Of a DNA stretch of 64,000 bases, positions 1 to 10,070 are shown piece by piece (position 1 is the stretch's first letter; every line of letters begins with the position of its first letter). The position numbers were made by a program, and so were the translations under genes. The notes beneath the pieces are model-generated. The model saw only the letters and a program-made list of their open reading frames with translations, made no database searches and was not told where the DNA came from. This DNA comes from an uncultured Gemmatimonadaceae bacterium. Its GTDB lineage: Bacteria; Gemmatimonadota; Gemmatimonadetes; Gemmatimonadales; Gemmatimonadaceae. The DNA lies in assembly GCA_963781585.1 (NCBI GenBank), contig CAWAGQ010000007.1, positions 32,001 through 96,000 on the forward strand, read 5' to 3'.

Positions 1-567
1 ACGCCGTCGGTGGCAGGCGTGGCGGTACCGACCGTGCCCGGCTACACGCAGAACGGAGGGTCCACCGTCCCGAACGGATCGCCGCCCATCCTCGACATGG
101 GAACGCAGGCGAATGCGGACTCGATGGTGAAGATCGACTGGGCCGGGATCGTCAATGGTGCGGCGCTCACTCCCGACATCACCATCCCCGGCGGGAGCTG
201 GCCAGGCTTCTCGAACGCGAGCTATTGGCCGGTGATCTACGTCGATCAGCCGGGTGCGTTCTCGGTGCCCGGTGCGGGTCGCGGGGTGCTCATTGTCAGG
301 AACGACCTCACGATCAGCGGCTCGAACATGTGGAGCGGTGTCATCCTCGTCGGCGGCACGCTGACCTCCAACGGAAACAACACCGTGAGTGGCGCGGTGG
401 TGTCGGGCCTGAACGTGCTCCTGGGGCAGGCTGTCCCGGTCAACGCGGTCGGCAACGGGAACAAGACGTTCGAGTACAACTCGTGCAATATTACCAGTGC
501 AACGGCACGGTTCGGTGGCCTGATACCGCTGCGAAACACGTCGGTCGACAACTGGCCATCGTATTGA
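1..567 (+). CDS. 3' part of a secreted/pilus-associated protein (PilX-like C-terminal beta-rich region); begins upstream of the window
   Basis: Frame is open from base 1 to TGA at 565-567. Gly/Asn/Val-rich beta-repeat sequence (GRGVLIVRNDLTISGSNMWSGVILVGG...YNSC). Confidence 0.5.
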   Translation, partial: TPSVAGVAVPTVPGYTQNGGSTVPNGSPPILDMGTQANADSMVKIDWAGIVNGAALTPDITIPGGSWPGFSNASYWPVIYVDQPGAFSVPGAGRGVLIVRNDLTISGSNMWSGVILVGGTLTSNGNNTVSGAVVSGLNVLLGQAVPVNAVGNGNKTFEYNSCNITSATARFGGLIPLRNTSVDNWPSY

Positions 568-760
568 CGTCCCGTCGCGGATGCCCGACCGGCGTCCAAT
601 CCGCGATTCCACGGGAAGCTGAAGGTGCGGACGCTCGGCTGGACGAGGCGAAGATCCAGCTCTGACTGGTCTCAGGAACCAAGGCGCGCATTCCAGGGCC
701 GTCTTGCGGAGCGGCGCCGGGCCACAAGAACGCCTGAGCCGGCCCAACGGGGCGGGGCGA

Positions 761-1507
761 TCAGGGGTCCACGCCTAACGAGGCGTAGTAGCCGGCGACC
801 CGTTCGCGCGAGCCCGGCATCGTATACACGTCGGGCTGCCGGGTCTCGATCACGCGGGCGATGACCGCGGCCACATCGTCCGCGCTCTGCGAATGCGGCA
901 GCCCACGGGAATCGGGCCCTCCATGCACGGCGCTGAGCCCGAAATCCGTGCGCACCACCGGCGGCGACACAATCGAGAACTGGATGTCGGGATGCGTCGC
1001 CTGCACCTCGGCGCGGAAGGTCGCGGTGAGCGCATTCATGAAGTGCTTCGCGCCACAGTACGCGGAACGGATGACCGCGAAGGGAATGCGGCCGAGCATG
1101 GAGGACACGTTGATCACGTGGCCGGTAGCGCGCTCCCTGAAGTGCGGCAGAACTTCCTGCATGCCGTAGAACGCGGACTTCACGTTGATCCGCATCATGT
1201 CGTCCAGATCCTGGTCCGTGAGCTGCGAGGGCACACGCGAGATCCCCTGGCCGGCGTTGTTCACCCAGACGTCGATGTGCCCGAACCGGGAGAGCGACTC
1301 GGCGACCACGCGCTTGACGTCGTCGCGGCGGGTGACGTCCGCGACGATGACGTGGGCGCGCCCGCCGCAGCGCGCGGCGACGTCGCGGAGAAGCGCCTCG
1401 CGCCGCGCCACGAGGACAAGACTCGACGCGCTCTGCGCGAGCAGCCCGGCCAGAGCGGCTCCGATGCCGCTGCTGGCGCCGGTGATGACGACGACACGAT
1501 CAGCCAA
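761..1507 (-). CDS. Short-chain dehydrogenase/reductase (SDR)
   Basis: TGASSGIG NAD(P)-binding motif, NNAG, catalytic S and YCGAK (YxxxK). TTG start at 1507 after a GAGGA RBS. Confidence 0.92.
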   Translation of the reverse strand: MADRVVVITGASSGIGAALAGLLAQSASSLVLVARREALLRDVAARCGGRAHVIVADVTRRDDVKRVVAESLSRFGHIDVWVNNAGQGISRVPSQLTDQDLDDMMRINVKSAFYGMQEVLPHFRERATGHVINVSSMLGRIPFAVIRSAYCGAKHFMNALTATFRAEVQATHPDIQFSIVSPPVVRTDFGLSAVHGGPDSRGLPHSQSADDVAAVIARVIETRQPDVYTMPGSRERVAGYYASLGVDP

Positions 1508-1550
1508 CCCTGTATTCCTCGATGGAGGTTGGCCGCAACCTGTTCCGCTT

Positions 1551-1802
1551 TCACGATCCGGGCAAGCCGTGCTCGGCCCGGCGCCACACGTCCCGCCAGG
1601 CTGCTTCGAGCTCCCGGTTGATCGACCCCACGATACCCGGGATCTCCGGATCGGGCTCGCCAAGGCACGCGTTCAGCGCGAACCGCCTTGCGGCCAGCGG
1701 AATCCGCGCCAGGAAGGCTTCGAGACGTGCCGGATCGACCCGCGGGTCGAGCGCGGCACGTTGTTCCCGGGTCAGGCGAGCTGATGGTCCCGACGATTCC
1801 AT
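1551..1802 (-). CDS. Small hypothetical protein (83 aa)
   Basis: ATG ORF filling the gap between two co-oriented genes; plausible composition; no recognised motif. Confidence 0.5.
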   Translation of the reverse strand: MESSGPSARLTREQRAALDPRVDPARLEAFLARIPLAARRFALNACLGEPDPEIPGIVGSINRELEAAWRDVWRRAEHGLPGS

Positions 1803-1858
1803 TGGTTCACGACTCAGAGGCCGCCTCGGCAGGTGATCGCACCAGCGCTCCCGTCAGG

Positions 1859-2341
1859 CTACCACCGCTCGAGCTGCCTCCGATGCCTCAACAGATGACA
1901 GACGGCATGCTCCAGAATCATCTCCGGATCGTAGACCGGTCCCCACCGCACCGTGAATGTCAGTCCCTGGATCTCTTCCTGTGGCGCGTTCAACAACGGC
2001 TCGACGGTCGCTTCGGTGAACGTGATTCCCTCGGCGAGTGCCCCACGCACGTCACGTGGCGAGCCGATCCGGGCGGGGTCCAGGTCGTAGGGTTCGACGA
2101 AGTCCTGGCCGCGTGCTTTCCGGATGTAATGCGCGTACCGATGGGCCGCGCCGCAGGCGTGCACACAGATGGACTTCGGCGAAACGGTATTTGGATTGTT
2201 CGACGCGCGTTCCGTCATGAACCGCGGGGGGTCGAAGGTCTCCACCACGCGGCAGAAGTCTTCGGCGGCGCGCGCGTACTCGTCCATCAGGGCGCCGAAC
2301 GGGCCCGAGCGGCCGGGATGCATGATGAATGGGGTGGTCAT
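1859..2341 (-). CDS. DinB/YfiT-like family protein
   Basis: Four-helix-bundle pattern with His ligands (ICVHACG; EHAVCHLLRHRRQL). Confidence 0.8.
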   Translation of the reverse strand: MTTPFIMHPGRSGPFGALMDEYARAAEDFCRVVETFDPPRFMTERASNNPNTVSPKSICVHACGAAHRYAHYIRKARGQDFVEPYDLDPARIGSPRDVRGALAEGITFTEATVEPLLNAPQEEIQGLTFTVRWGPVYDPEMILEHAVCHLLRHRRQLERW

Positions 2342-2456
2342 GGAACTGGTGGGTGAAGGCTGGAATGTCGCAGGGCGCCTGGCGGCGGAGCCACGTACAC
2401 GTGAGGTTGTCGGTGGGGTTGGATGCCCAACCCCGTAGCCGCAGCCCTCCGTTGCT

Positions 2457-4427
2457 TCACGGCTTCCTCCACATGTTGTTGCCGCGGTCGACGTCCGGGA
2501 AATTCCCCGCCAGATCGATGGCGACGTGGGTGACGGGTTGACTCACGGCGTGGGTTGAGGTGATCTGTCGCGCACCGACGAACCATACCGACGCCGGTTC
2601 GCGCCACGACACCAGCGACCCGTCGGCCAGTGTGGCGGTCAGATCGACCGGCGCGTACAGGCCGCCCAGGTTCTCGACAGTCACGCTGACCTTGCCGCGA
2701 CTGGATTCGGCGCTGGTCACCGCCTGATCGAGCCGCTCGTTGGTGAAGAACCAGGGCTCCCAGAACCAGTCCAGGTTCTGGTGCGTCACGTCGGCGAACG
2801 CGTTGAAGAAATCCCACGGCGTGGGATGGCGGTAGGCCCACCGCTGGATGTACGTGACGTACGCCCGGTGAAAGAGATCCGGCCCCAGAATGGTGCGCAG
2901 GGCCCAGAGCGTCGAGCCCGGCTTGTCGTAGGCCTCGGGCCCGTAGCCGGAATTCGGAGACACGCCGAATGCATTGGCCGGGGACATCATCGTGAAATCC
3001 TCGTCGGCGCTCTTCGCGAACGCCACGTACGTGTCGCGCGAGTCGATCCGGCCCCGGTCCTGATTCGTCGTCCGGAAGTAATCATCGGTGGCGAAGAACG
3101 TGTCGAACGTGTTCAGCCCTTCATCCTGCCAGCCGTATCGCGTCTCGTCGCTCCCGACCAGCATCGGGAACCATTCGTGGCCGATCTCGTGCGCGGTGAC
3201 GCCGTCCAGCCGGAAGGTATCGGCGTAGGCCTGCACGAAAACGGTCATGGGGTATTCCATTCCACCGCTGCCGCCTTCGGTTTCGGTGAGCTGGGGATAG
3301 GGATAGGGCACCATGCGCGCCGAATGGGATTCCAGCGCGCTCCGTGCCATCGCGGCCACCTGCGTGAAGCCCGGGGCGCCCGGCCGGTACAGCACGTTGA
3401 CCGCCGCGTAGCGATGCGCCGCGGAATCGACCAGGGCCCGGGTCGCGTCCCACAGGTAGTGGTCACTGAACGAGAACGCCACGTCGCGCACGCTGTCCGC
3501 CGTGAAGGTCCAGGTCAGCAGATCGCCCGGTCGTCCCACTGTCGCCCCGCCGCCGCCTGACGAGGACGGCGTGACCACGTGCGCGATCTCGTCGTTCCGC
3601 ATCGCGCCGTCCAGCGCCTGCCGAACAGATGGCGGCAGCACCGCGTCGGCGTTGGTCAGGGTGCCGGTGCCGCCCACGAGGAATCGGGCGGGCAGCGTGA
3701 TGCTGTACCGGAAGCGGCCGTAGTCGAGATAGAACTCTCCGGTACCGGTGTACTGCTGCTCGTCCCAGCCGTGGAGGTCGTCGTACACGGCTACTTGCGG
3801 ATACCACTGGGCAACCTGGGCCGTGGTGGCGTCCTGCATCCCCATGCGGTCGGCGTTCGCCGGCGGGATAGTGAAGTGCCACTGGATGTGGAACGTCGCC
3901 GAATCCCCGGGAAGCAGCGGCCGGTGCGGCCGGACGATCAGCAATGTACCGATGACCTGCGTGGTATCGCCCATGGCAAACGCCGGCGTGCCCGCGATGC
4001 CCGGCGGGATGGGCAGCACGCCACCCTCCTCCTCCAGCCGATCGAGCACCAGACCGGCCGTGGTCCACCCGTTAGGCTGCTCGCGGGCCGCGCCGGCCGC
4101 GAACAGGTTCTGATAGACGTGCACCACCACATGCGACAGCGTATCGGGCGACCGGTTGAAGTAGACGATAGTCTCGTCGCCGCGCAGCAGGGAATCGCGC
4201 GGTGACACCGTGGCGTGGATGTCGTAGTTGGCGCCGTTCTGCCAGTAGCGCGGCCCGGGGGCACCGTTGACGGCGCGTGTGCCGCGCGCCACGGCACGCT
4301 GCACCGCGGGAGGCGGCACCACGAGCAGGGGCGAGAGGGCCGGCCCCTTCTGCTGGGCAGAGGCCGGAACGGCGGTACCCGCCACCGCCAGCACCATCGT
4401 CGCACGAAGCACCGGCCTGCTCCTCAT
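2457..4427 (-). CDS. Secreted M1 family zinc aminopeptidase
   Basis: Signal peptide (MRSRPVLRATMVLAVAG...ASA-Q), GGMEYP, HEIGH-x18-E, AYDKPG Tyr, HPTPWDFF. Confidence 0.92.
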   Translation of the reverse strand: MRSRPVLRATMVLAVAGTAVPASAQQKGPALSPLLVVPPPAVQRAVARGTRAVNGAPGPRYWQNGANYDIHATVSPRDSLLRGDETIVYFNRSPDTLSHVVVHVYQNLFAAGAAREQPNGWTTAGLVLDRLEEEGGVLPIPPGIAGTPAFAMGDTTQVIGTLLIVRPHRPLLPGDSATFHIQWHFTIPPANADRMGMQDATTAQVAQWYPQVAVYDDLHGWDEQQYTGTGEFYLDYGRFRYSITLPARFLVGGTGTLTNADAVLPPSVRQALDGAMRNDEIAHVVTPSSSGGGGATVGRPGDLLTWTFTADSVRDVAFSFSDHYLWDATRALVDSAAHRYAAVNVLYRPGAPGFTQVAAMARSALESHSARMVPYPYPQLTETEGGSGGMEYPMTVFVQAYADTFRLDGVTAHEIGHEWFPMLVGSDETRYGWQDEGLNTFDTFFATDDYFRTTNQDRGRIDSRDTYVAFAKSADEDFTMMSPANAFGVSPNSGYGPEAYDKPGSTLWALRTILGPDLFHRAYVTYIQRWAYRHPTPWDFFNAFADVTHQNLDWFWEPWFFTNERLDQAVTSAESSRGKVSVTVENLGGLYAPVDLTATLADGSLVSWREPASVWFVGARQITSTHAVSQPVTHVAIDLAGNFPDVDRGNNMWRKP

Positions 4428-4455
4428 GGCGCAATCCCCCGGTTCATATGGGCCC

Positions 4456-5013
4456 TCAGCATCGCAGTGCCGGCCGCTTCTCCTTCGGCTTGGGCCCGAG
4501 AAGAGAATACCAGACCATTTCTCCGACGTAGGCCCCGAACTGGGCCATCGTGGCGTGCGACCGGTCTCCGCCACACCGATTGAACCACCGGGTGTCGCCT
4601 GGCGCTTTCACCGAATCGTCGTTGCTGGTGAACAGCACCGCGACATCCGACGGCGCCACGCACGTATACCGGCTCCCCGTGCCCGGCAATCGGTCGCAGA
4701 GCGAACGGGTGTCGACCTGGGGCCGCACGGTGATCGAGAACGATGCGTCCATCCCCTGCAGCCGGAGCGCGTGGAGCGTGAGCGCGTGTCGCAGCGCAGT
4801 CTCGAAATCATCACCCGACCCGTACCGCTCATCGGCGCCGTAGTTTCCCGAATTCTTTCCCGGGCCCCAGTCGATCACGAGCTGGCAGGAATGCATCACG
4901 CAGGGAATCGTGCCGCCCGCCTGATTCTGCGAGGCCGCCATCGCCGGAATGAGCACGACGGCCGCGCTGGCGAGTCCATTCCTGATCTGCCGTTGAGCCA
5001 CACGCATATTCAT
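4456..5013 (-). CDS. Secreted Cys-containing hypothetical protein
   Basis: Signal-like N-terminus (LASAAVVLIPAMAAS), six Cys in the mature part, directly upstream of the M1 peptidase. Start uncertain (5028/5013/5007). Confidence 0.65.
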   Translation of the reverse strand: MNMRVAQRQIRNGLASAAVVLIPAMAASQNQAGGTIPCVMHSCQLVIDWGPGKNSGNYGADERYGSGDDFETALRHALTLHALRLQGMDASFSITVRPQVDTRSLCDRLPGTGSRYTCVAPSDVAVLFTSNDDSVKAPGDTRWFNRCGGDRSHATMAQFGAYVGEMVWYSLLGPKPKEKRPALRC

Positions 5014-5267
5014 CGCTCCCGAAAGCACGCGGAAATGACGTGGAACCGCGGGGCATCAGGCAACCTCCCCGCGGCCGTTGTCCGATCACCACTGAATTCT
5101 ATCGGCAATACGCCGCGACGCTGACCCCTGCTGCAGTCGGCGGCTCGGTCGATCATCGACGCAACGCCCCGTGGGCGCCCAATTGCGAGCCACCCGACCG
5201 CTCGCGCCACGCGCACGCACGTGTCCGGTTCGTCCCAGCACTGGCTGCCCGACCATCGCCGACCCAC

Positions 5268-5315
5268 TTGTCGGCGGTATTTCGTATAAATACTCTTTCA
5301 GCATATTTACCGCCG
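5268..5315 (+). promoter_or_regulatory. Putative sigma70 promoter with inverted repeats (candidate PadR operator)
   Basis: TTGTCG(5268)-N17-TACTCT(5291). Inverted repeats GTATTT/AAATAC (5277-5293) and CGGCGGTA/TACCGCCG (5272-5315) in an AT-rich patch upstream of padR. Confidence 0.5.
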
Positions 5316-5372
5316 CTGTATTTGTCGGAACCGGTCGGCCGTGCAGCGCGGAGAACTCAACACGAGAGCGGC

Positions 5373-5702
5373 ATGAGCATCCTCGAATACCATGTGCTGT
5401 TGGCGCTCGCAAGCAGTCCGCTCTACGGGTATGCCATCAAGGACGCCGTGGCTACGGAGTCCGCAGGCACGCTGACCCCCCGTGCAGGCTCACTCTACCG
5501 CGTACTCGCTCGACTGATGACCTCCGGACTGGTTTCCGAGACCACGCCGGCTGACATGCCTCCGCCCCACCCGGGTCACGCGCGGAAATACTACGGACTG
5601 ACCGGAGCCGGGCGCAGGGCACTCACTGCCGAGGCTCGGCGGCTGAAGCGCACCGCCACGGTCGCCGAAAAGCGACTCGGCGTGGCCCAGGGCCGCCCGT
5701 GA
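5373..5702 (+). CDS. PadR family transcriptional regulator
   Basis: LLALASSPLYGYAI...GSLYRVLARL...RKYYGLT.AGR winged-helix signature. Stop overlaps the next start (GTGA). Confidence 0.92.
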   Translation: MSILEYHVLLALASSPLYGYAIKDAVATESAGTLTPRAGSLYRVLARLMTSGLVSETTPADMPPPHPGHARKYYGLTGAGRRALTAEARRLKRTATVAEKRLGVAQGRP

Positions 5703-8359
5703 GATCTGTGCTGACTCTGCTGGTGCGACTGTTCCCGTCTGCGTTCCGGGAGCAGTTCGGCGCGGGGATCACCGAGCAGGTCGAGCGCGACTATGACCGC
5801 GCGCGGTCGCGCGGATTCCCGGCGGCGCTCTGGTGCACGCTTGTCACGGCGCTGGATCTCGTTCGATCGGCCGTCGCCGAGCGATGGAGTCCCACCTGGG
5901 TGAGCGCACCTCCGCCTACGATGAAGGAGAGGAATATGCGGTCGACCCTGAGTGAATGGGCACGGGACCTGCGCCACGCGTCGCGCTCGCTCAGGCGATC
6001 TCCCGGATTCGCGGCGGTGACGATCGGAACCCTCGGCCTCGCGATCGGCGCCAATGCGGGCATGTTCAGCGTGGTCGATGCCGTCCTGTTGAAGCCTCTG
6101 CCATACGGCCACGCCGATCGACTCGTATACATCGCGGCCTCCGCACCGGGTTCCGATTTCCCCGCGGAGTTCGGCGTGTCGTCCGAGTTCTACGTGCAGT
6201 ACAAGGAGCAGTCGCGTCTGCTCGAGGACGTCTCGACGTTCAACTCGTTCACCAACACGCTGCGCGCGGGCGACCGTGTGGAGCGCGTCCGGATGTCGTG
6301 GCCCACGAACTCGCTGTTCTCGACGCTTGGCGCGAAGCCGATCCTCGGTCGGCTGCCGGTGGCGGACGATGGGAGCCGCGTTGCCGTGATCAGCTACGCA
6401 CTCTGGACGACGTGGTTCGGCCGCGACTCGGCGGTCATTGGGCGGTCGTACGAGATGGGTGGCGCTCCCCGAACCGTGATCGGCGTGATGGGACCGGAGT
6501 TCCGCTTCCCCAACGACGGCACGCTCCTCTGGCTCTCGAGTGAAATCACTGGCGACTCGATCGTCCCGGGTCGGTTCGGGACATCGCTCGTGGGTCGGAT
6601 GAAGCCGGGCGTCACCACCGAGACACTGGCGAAGGAACTCACCACGCTGTCCAGGCGCCTGCCGGAGCGCTTCGGCGGATCGCCGGCGTACGCGCGCCTG
6701 ATTTTGCAGCACCGCGCCGTCGTGCGCCCGCTCGAGGAGCAGCTCCTGGGTCGCGTTGCCTCTCCGCTCTGGGTGCTGGTTGGGGCGGTCGGCTTTGTCC
6801 TGCTGATTGCGTGTGCCAACGTGGCGAACCTGTTCGTGGTGCGCGCCGAGGGGCGGCAGCGCGATCTGGCCGTGCGTCGCGCCATCGGAGCTGCCAGAGG
6901 GCAACTCATCCGCCTGCAGATCTCGGAAGCGGTCGTGGTCGCGACGTTCGCGGGCGTCTTCGCCGTGATGTTCGCGATCGCGGGACTTCCGACGTTTCTC
7001 CATGCCGCGCCCGCGGGGATTCCGCGCCTCGAGGACGTGGGGATCAATGCCACGACGCTGCTGTTCACGGTGACCGCCGTGCTGCTCTCGGCCATCGCCT
7101 GCGGCATCGGTCCGGCCGTTCGGGCTTCCGCGCCGGACCTCGCGCGGCTCCGTGAAGGAGGGCGCGGCGCGACGCACCGACGAAGCTGGGCGCGTGACAG
7201 CCTGGTGATCGGGCAGACGGCGCTGGCGCTCGTGCTGCTCATCGGGTCGGGACTTCTCATCCGCAGTTTCCGTGCACTCAGCCACGTCGACCCCGGCTAC
7301 AGCACGAAGGATATCTTCACGTTCCAGATTGCGCCGGACCAGCCGCAGCTGAAGGACGGTCCATCATTCGCGCGCTTCGATCTGGATTTCGTGGATCGTC
7401 TCCGGGCGCTCCCGGGCGTGGAATCGGTAGGCCTGGTGGAGAACGTGCCGCTCAACGAGGGAACGGCGAGCGCGCATTTTCTCAGTGAAGCGATGGTCGG
7501 TGGTGACGGTGTGCTGCTGAACTACACTTTTGCCGCTGGCGACTATTTCAGGACGATGGGCATCGACCTGCTGCGCGGCAGAACGTTGGAGAGAGCCGAG
7601 GAGACGTCGTGGCGTGGGAACGTCGTCATCAGCCAGTCGGCAGCGAGGCTGCTGTGGCCCGGCGAGAATCCCATTGGCCGGCGAATGCAGCAGCGGGGAG
7701 ACTCCACATGGGTGACGGTCGCGGGCGTGGTCGAGGACGTGATGCAGTACGGCTTCCGCGACACGCCGCAGCCGCTCGTCTATCTGCCTCTCGTCGGACC
7801 CACCCCGACGAGCTGGTTCATCTCCTCGCCGGCGTATGTGGTGAAGACGCCGCGGGCCGAGCACATCGCACCCGACGTGCTCGCACTCGTGAGGCAGGTG
7901 GCGCCGGAGGCGCCGATGTACCGCATCTTCACCATGGCGGGCCTGGCGGCGGACTCGATGGTGCAGTTGTCGTTCACGATGCTGACCCTCGGCATCCTGT
8001 CCACGCTGGCGCTGATCCTCGGTGCGGTGGGACTCTACGGCGTGCTCTCGTACATCGTCACCGAGCGGACGCGGGAGATCGGTCTCCGGATGGCGCTCGG
8101 CGCCAGGGGCGAGCAGGTGCGGCGCATGGTGGTCGTGCAGGGAGCACGACTGGTCGCGGTGGGGGTGGTCCTCGGCATCGTGGTCGCCGTGGCCTCCACG
8201 CGCATCCTCGGGAGTCTGCTCTTCGGTGTCGCGGCGCTCGACACGGTTACCTTCATGGCGATGTCTGCTTCAATGGTCGCGGTCGGGCTGCTGGCGAGCT
8301 ACCTGCCGGCGCGGCGCGCGTCCAACGTAGACCCGATCGAATCGCTGCGTGGCGAGTGA
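5699..8359 (+). CDS. ADOP-type duplicated ABC permease (MacB/FtsX-like)
   Basis: DLRHASRSLRRSPGF, LLIACANVANL, REIGLRMALGA, YLPARRASNVDPIESLRGE; two MacB/FtsX halves. Confidence 0.93.
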   Translation: MRSVLTLLVRLFPSAFREQFGAGITEQVERDYDRARSRGFPAALWCTLVTALDLVRSAVAERWSPTWVSAPPPTMKERNMRSTLSEWARDLRHASRSLRRSPGFAAVTIGTLGLAIGANAGMFSVVDAVLLKPLPYGHADRLVYIAASAPGSDFPAEFGVSSEFYVQYKEQSRLLEDVSTFNSFTNTLRAGDRVERVRMSWPTNSLFSTLGAKPILGRLPVADDGSRVAVISYALWTTWFGRDSAVIGRSYEMGGAPRTVIGVMGPEFRFPNDGTLLWLSSEITGDSIVPGRFGTSLVGRMKPGVTTETLAKELTTLSRRLPERFGGSPAYARLILQHRAVVRPLEEQLLGRVASPLWVLVGAVGFVLLIACANVANLFVVRAEGRQRDLAVRRAIGAARGQLIRLQISEAVVVATFAGVFAVMFAIAGLPTFLHAAPAGIPRLEDVGINATTLLFTVTAVLLSAIACGIGPAVRASAPDLARLREGGRGATHRRSWARDSLVIGQTALALVLLIGSGLLIRSFRALSHVDPGYSTKDIFTFQIAPDQPQLKDGPSFARFDLDFVDRLRALPGVESVGLVENVPLNEGTASAHFLSEAMVGGDGVLLNYTFAAGDYFRTMGIDLLRGRTLERAEETSWRGNVVISQSAARLLWPGENPIGRRMQQRGDSTWVTVAGVVEDVMQYGFRDTPQPLVYLPLVGPTPTSWFISSPAYVVKTPRAEHIAPDVLALVRQVAPEAPMYRIFTMAGLAADSMVQLSFTMLTLGILSTLALILGAVGLYGVLSYIVTERTREIGLRMALGARGEQVRRMVVVQGARLVAVGVVLGIVVAVASTRILGSLLFGVAALDTVTFMAMSASMVAVGLLASYLPARRASNVDPIESLRGE

Positions 8360-8449
8360 AGCGAGGCTCGCACGCTCCTCGGCCGGGTCGGGGGGACTCC
8401 GACGTACCCCTCCATCGTGGCGGCCTGGCGACGACCGCTCACCTGGCCG

Positions 8450-9535
8450 TCAGGAGTTGAGGCCGACGTAGGTGAAGACGAGGAGGAAGGCGATCGTGGC
8501 GAAGCCGGCGATACGCCAGGTCGGGCGGTACGCTCCGTCTTCTCCCGGCTTGTCGAGGAAAGGGATGAAGATGAGCAGCGAGGCGACGAGGCTGAACGCC
8601 ACGATTCCGAAGGCATCGCCATCGAGGCCGAGCACCTTGGCGGGGAGGTACTTCAGCATCTGGTACGGCGCCATGAAGTACCACTCGGGCTTGATACCAG
8701 CGGGGGCCGGACTGAACGGGTCGGCTTTCGTCCCGAGTTCGCCGGGGAAAAACACCGCGAGCGCGGCGATGGTGCCGAGGGCGAGGAGCCACCCGATGAG
8801 GTCGTGGAGCAGAAAGTTCGGCACGAACGGCACGGAGCGCGGCGCGCCCTTGCGCTCCACGCCCGGCGGCACGCTCATCCCGAGACGTTGCACCAGCAGG
8901 ACGTGTATCCCGAGAAACAGGAACGTGAGGCCCGGCAGCAGCGATGTGTGGAGCGCGTAGAAGCGGGTGAGTGTCGCGCCGGTCACGTCTGTCCCGCCCC
9001 GCAGCATGCGTTCGATGAATGGACCGATGCCGGGAACCACGCCGGCCATCGACGTGCCCACCCGCGTCGCGAAATAGGAGAGCGTGTTCCACGGCAGCAG
9101 ATAGCCGGTGAACCCGAGGCCGAGGGTGAGGCCGAGCAGGCCGAGGCCGCTCAGCCAGGTCAGCTCGCGGGGCGCGCGGTAGGCCTTCAGGATCCACACG
9201 CTGAACAGATGAATGAACAGCACGAAGATCATCAGGTTGGCGCCCCAGACGTGGATGGAGCGGATCAGCCATCCGAACTTGGCCTGCGTCATGAGGAACT
9301 GGACCGACTCGTACGCTTCGCCGGCGCTGGGCCGGTAGTAGAAGAGCATGAGGATGCCGGTACAGACCTGAATGACGAACAGGAACAGCACCATCCCGCC
9401 CAGGAAATACCAGACGCTGTGGCGGTGGACCGGCACCCGTTTCTTGTGGATGAGCGGGAGCACGTCGCTCATTCCGATGCGATCGTCGAGCCAGGTCCAG
9501 AGGCGGGCTCCGCGGCCGGCTGGTGGCTCGCCCAT
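8450..9535 (-). CDS. Cytochrome b of a Rieske/cytb (bc-type) complex, b6 and subunit-IV parts fused
   Basis: Heme-ligand His pairs ([24 protein letters not shown]), GYLLPW, and the Qo-site motif KPEWYF. Confidence 0.93.
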   Translation of the reverse strand: MGEPPAGRGARLWTWLDDRIGMSDVLPLIHKKRVPVHRHSVWYFLGGMVLFLFVIQVCTGILMLFYYRPSAGEAYESVQFLMTQAKFGWLIRSIHVWGANLMIFVLFIHLFSVWILKAYRAPRELTWLSGLGLLGLTLGLGFTGYLLPWNTLSYFATRVGTSMAGVVPGIGPFIERMLRGGTDVTGATLTRFYALHTSLLPGLTFLFLGIHVLLVQRLGMSVPPGVERKGAPRSVPFVPNFLLHDLIGWLLALGTIAALAVFFPGELGTKADPFSPAPAGIKPEWYFMAPYQMLKYLPAKVLGLDGDAFGIVAFSLVASLLIFIPFLDKPGEDGAYRPTWRIAGFATIAFLLVFTYVGLNS

Positions 9536-9537
9536 CG

Positions 9538-9966
9538 TCAGGCTTCCTTGTTCACGACGATCTGGTCGCCGCGCACGTTCACGGCATACGGCGTGAGCGG
9601 CCTTGGCGGCGGCCCGGAGACGTTGCGGCCGTGGAGATCGTAGTGGCCGTTATGGCACGCGCACCAGATATCGGTATTCTCGGCGCTGTACTGCACGATG
9701 CAGCCGAGGTGGGTGCACACGGCAGTGAACGCGCGAACTTCGCCGGCCGAAGTCCGGATGATGAGGGCCGGCTCGTTGCCGAACTTGAAGATCTGGCCGG
9801 AGTTGGGTTTCAGATCCGACGGCTTCATCGTGAGCGTGACCGAGTTGACGGAAGACTCCCCGGCCTCGGGGGGCACGACGTAGCGAAACATCGGATAGAA
9901 CACCGCGATGAGCAGGCCACCGAACGTGGTGCCGAGCAGCCAGTCGATGAACTTCTTGCGGGTCAT
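9538..9966 (-). CDS. Rieske 2Fe-2S subunit
   Basis: CTHLGC and CACH boxes, GPPPRPL, Tat-like TRKKF followed by a TM helix. ATG at 9966. Confidence 0.93.
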   Translation of the reverse strand: MTRKKFIDWLLGTTFGGLLIAVFYPMFRYVVPPEAGESSVNSVTLTMKPSDLKPNSGQIFKFGNEPALIIRTSAGEVRAFTAVCTHLGCIVQYSAENTDIWCACHNGHYDLHGRNVSGPPPRPLTPYAVNVRGDQIVVNKEA

Positions 9967-10070
9967 GGCGGTCGGGTGCGGAGTGGTGTGTCGAAGCGGA
10001 TCTGCCGAGCCGCGGAGCGTTAGGCGGTCTTCGTGAGCGGCCGGACGCGCGTCACCCTCGGCCCCCGGCG

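Noticed and set aside
5591..7285. Long antisense ORFs (also 8417-9643, 21532-23277, 25278-27083, 31029-32669, 36461-38116)
   Set aside because: Shadow frames opposite well-supported genes. They are Arg/His-rich, lack motifs, and are expected in high-GC DNA.
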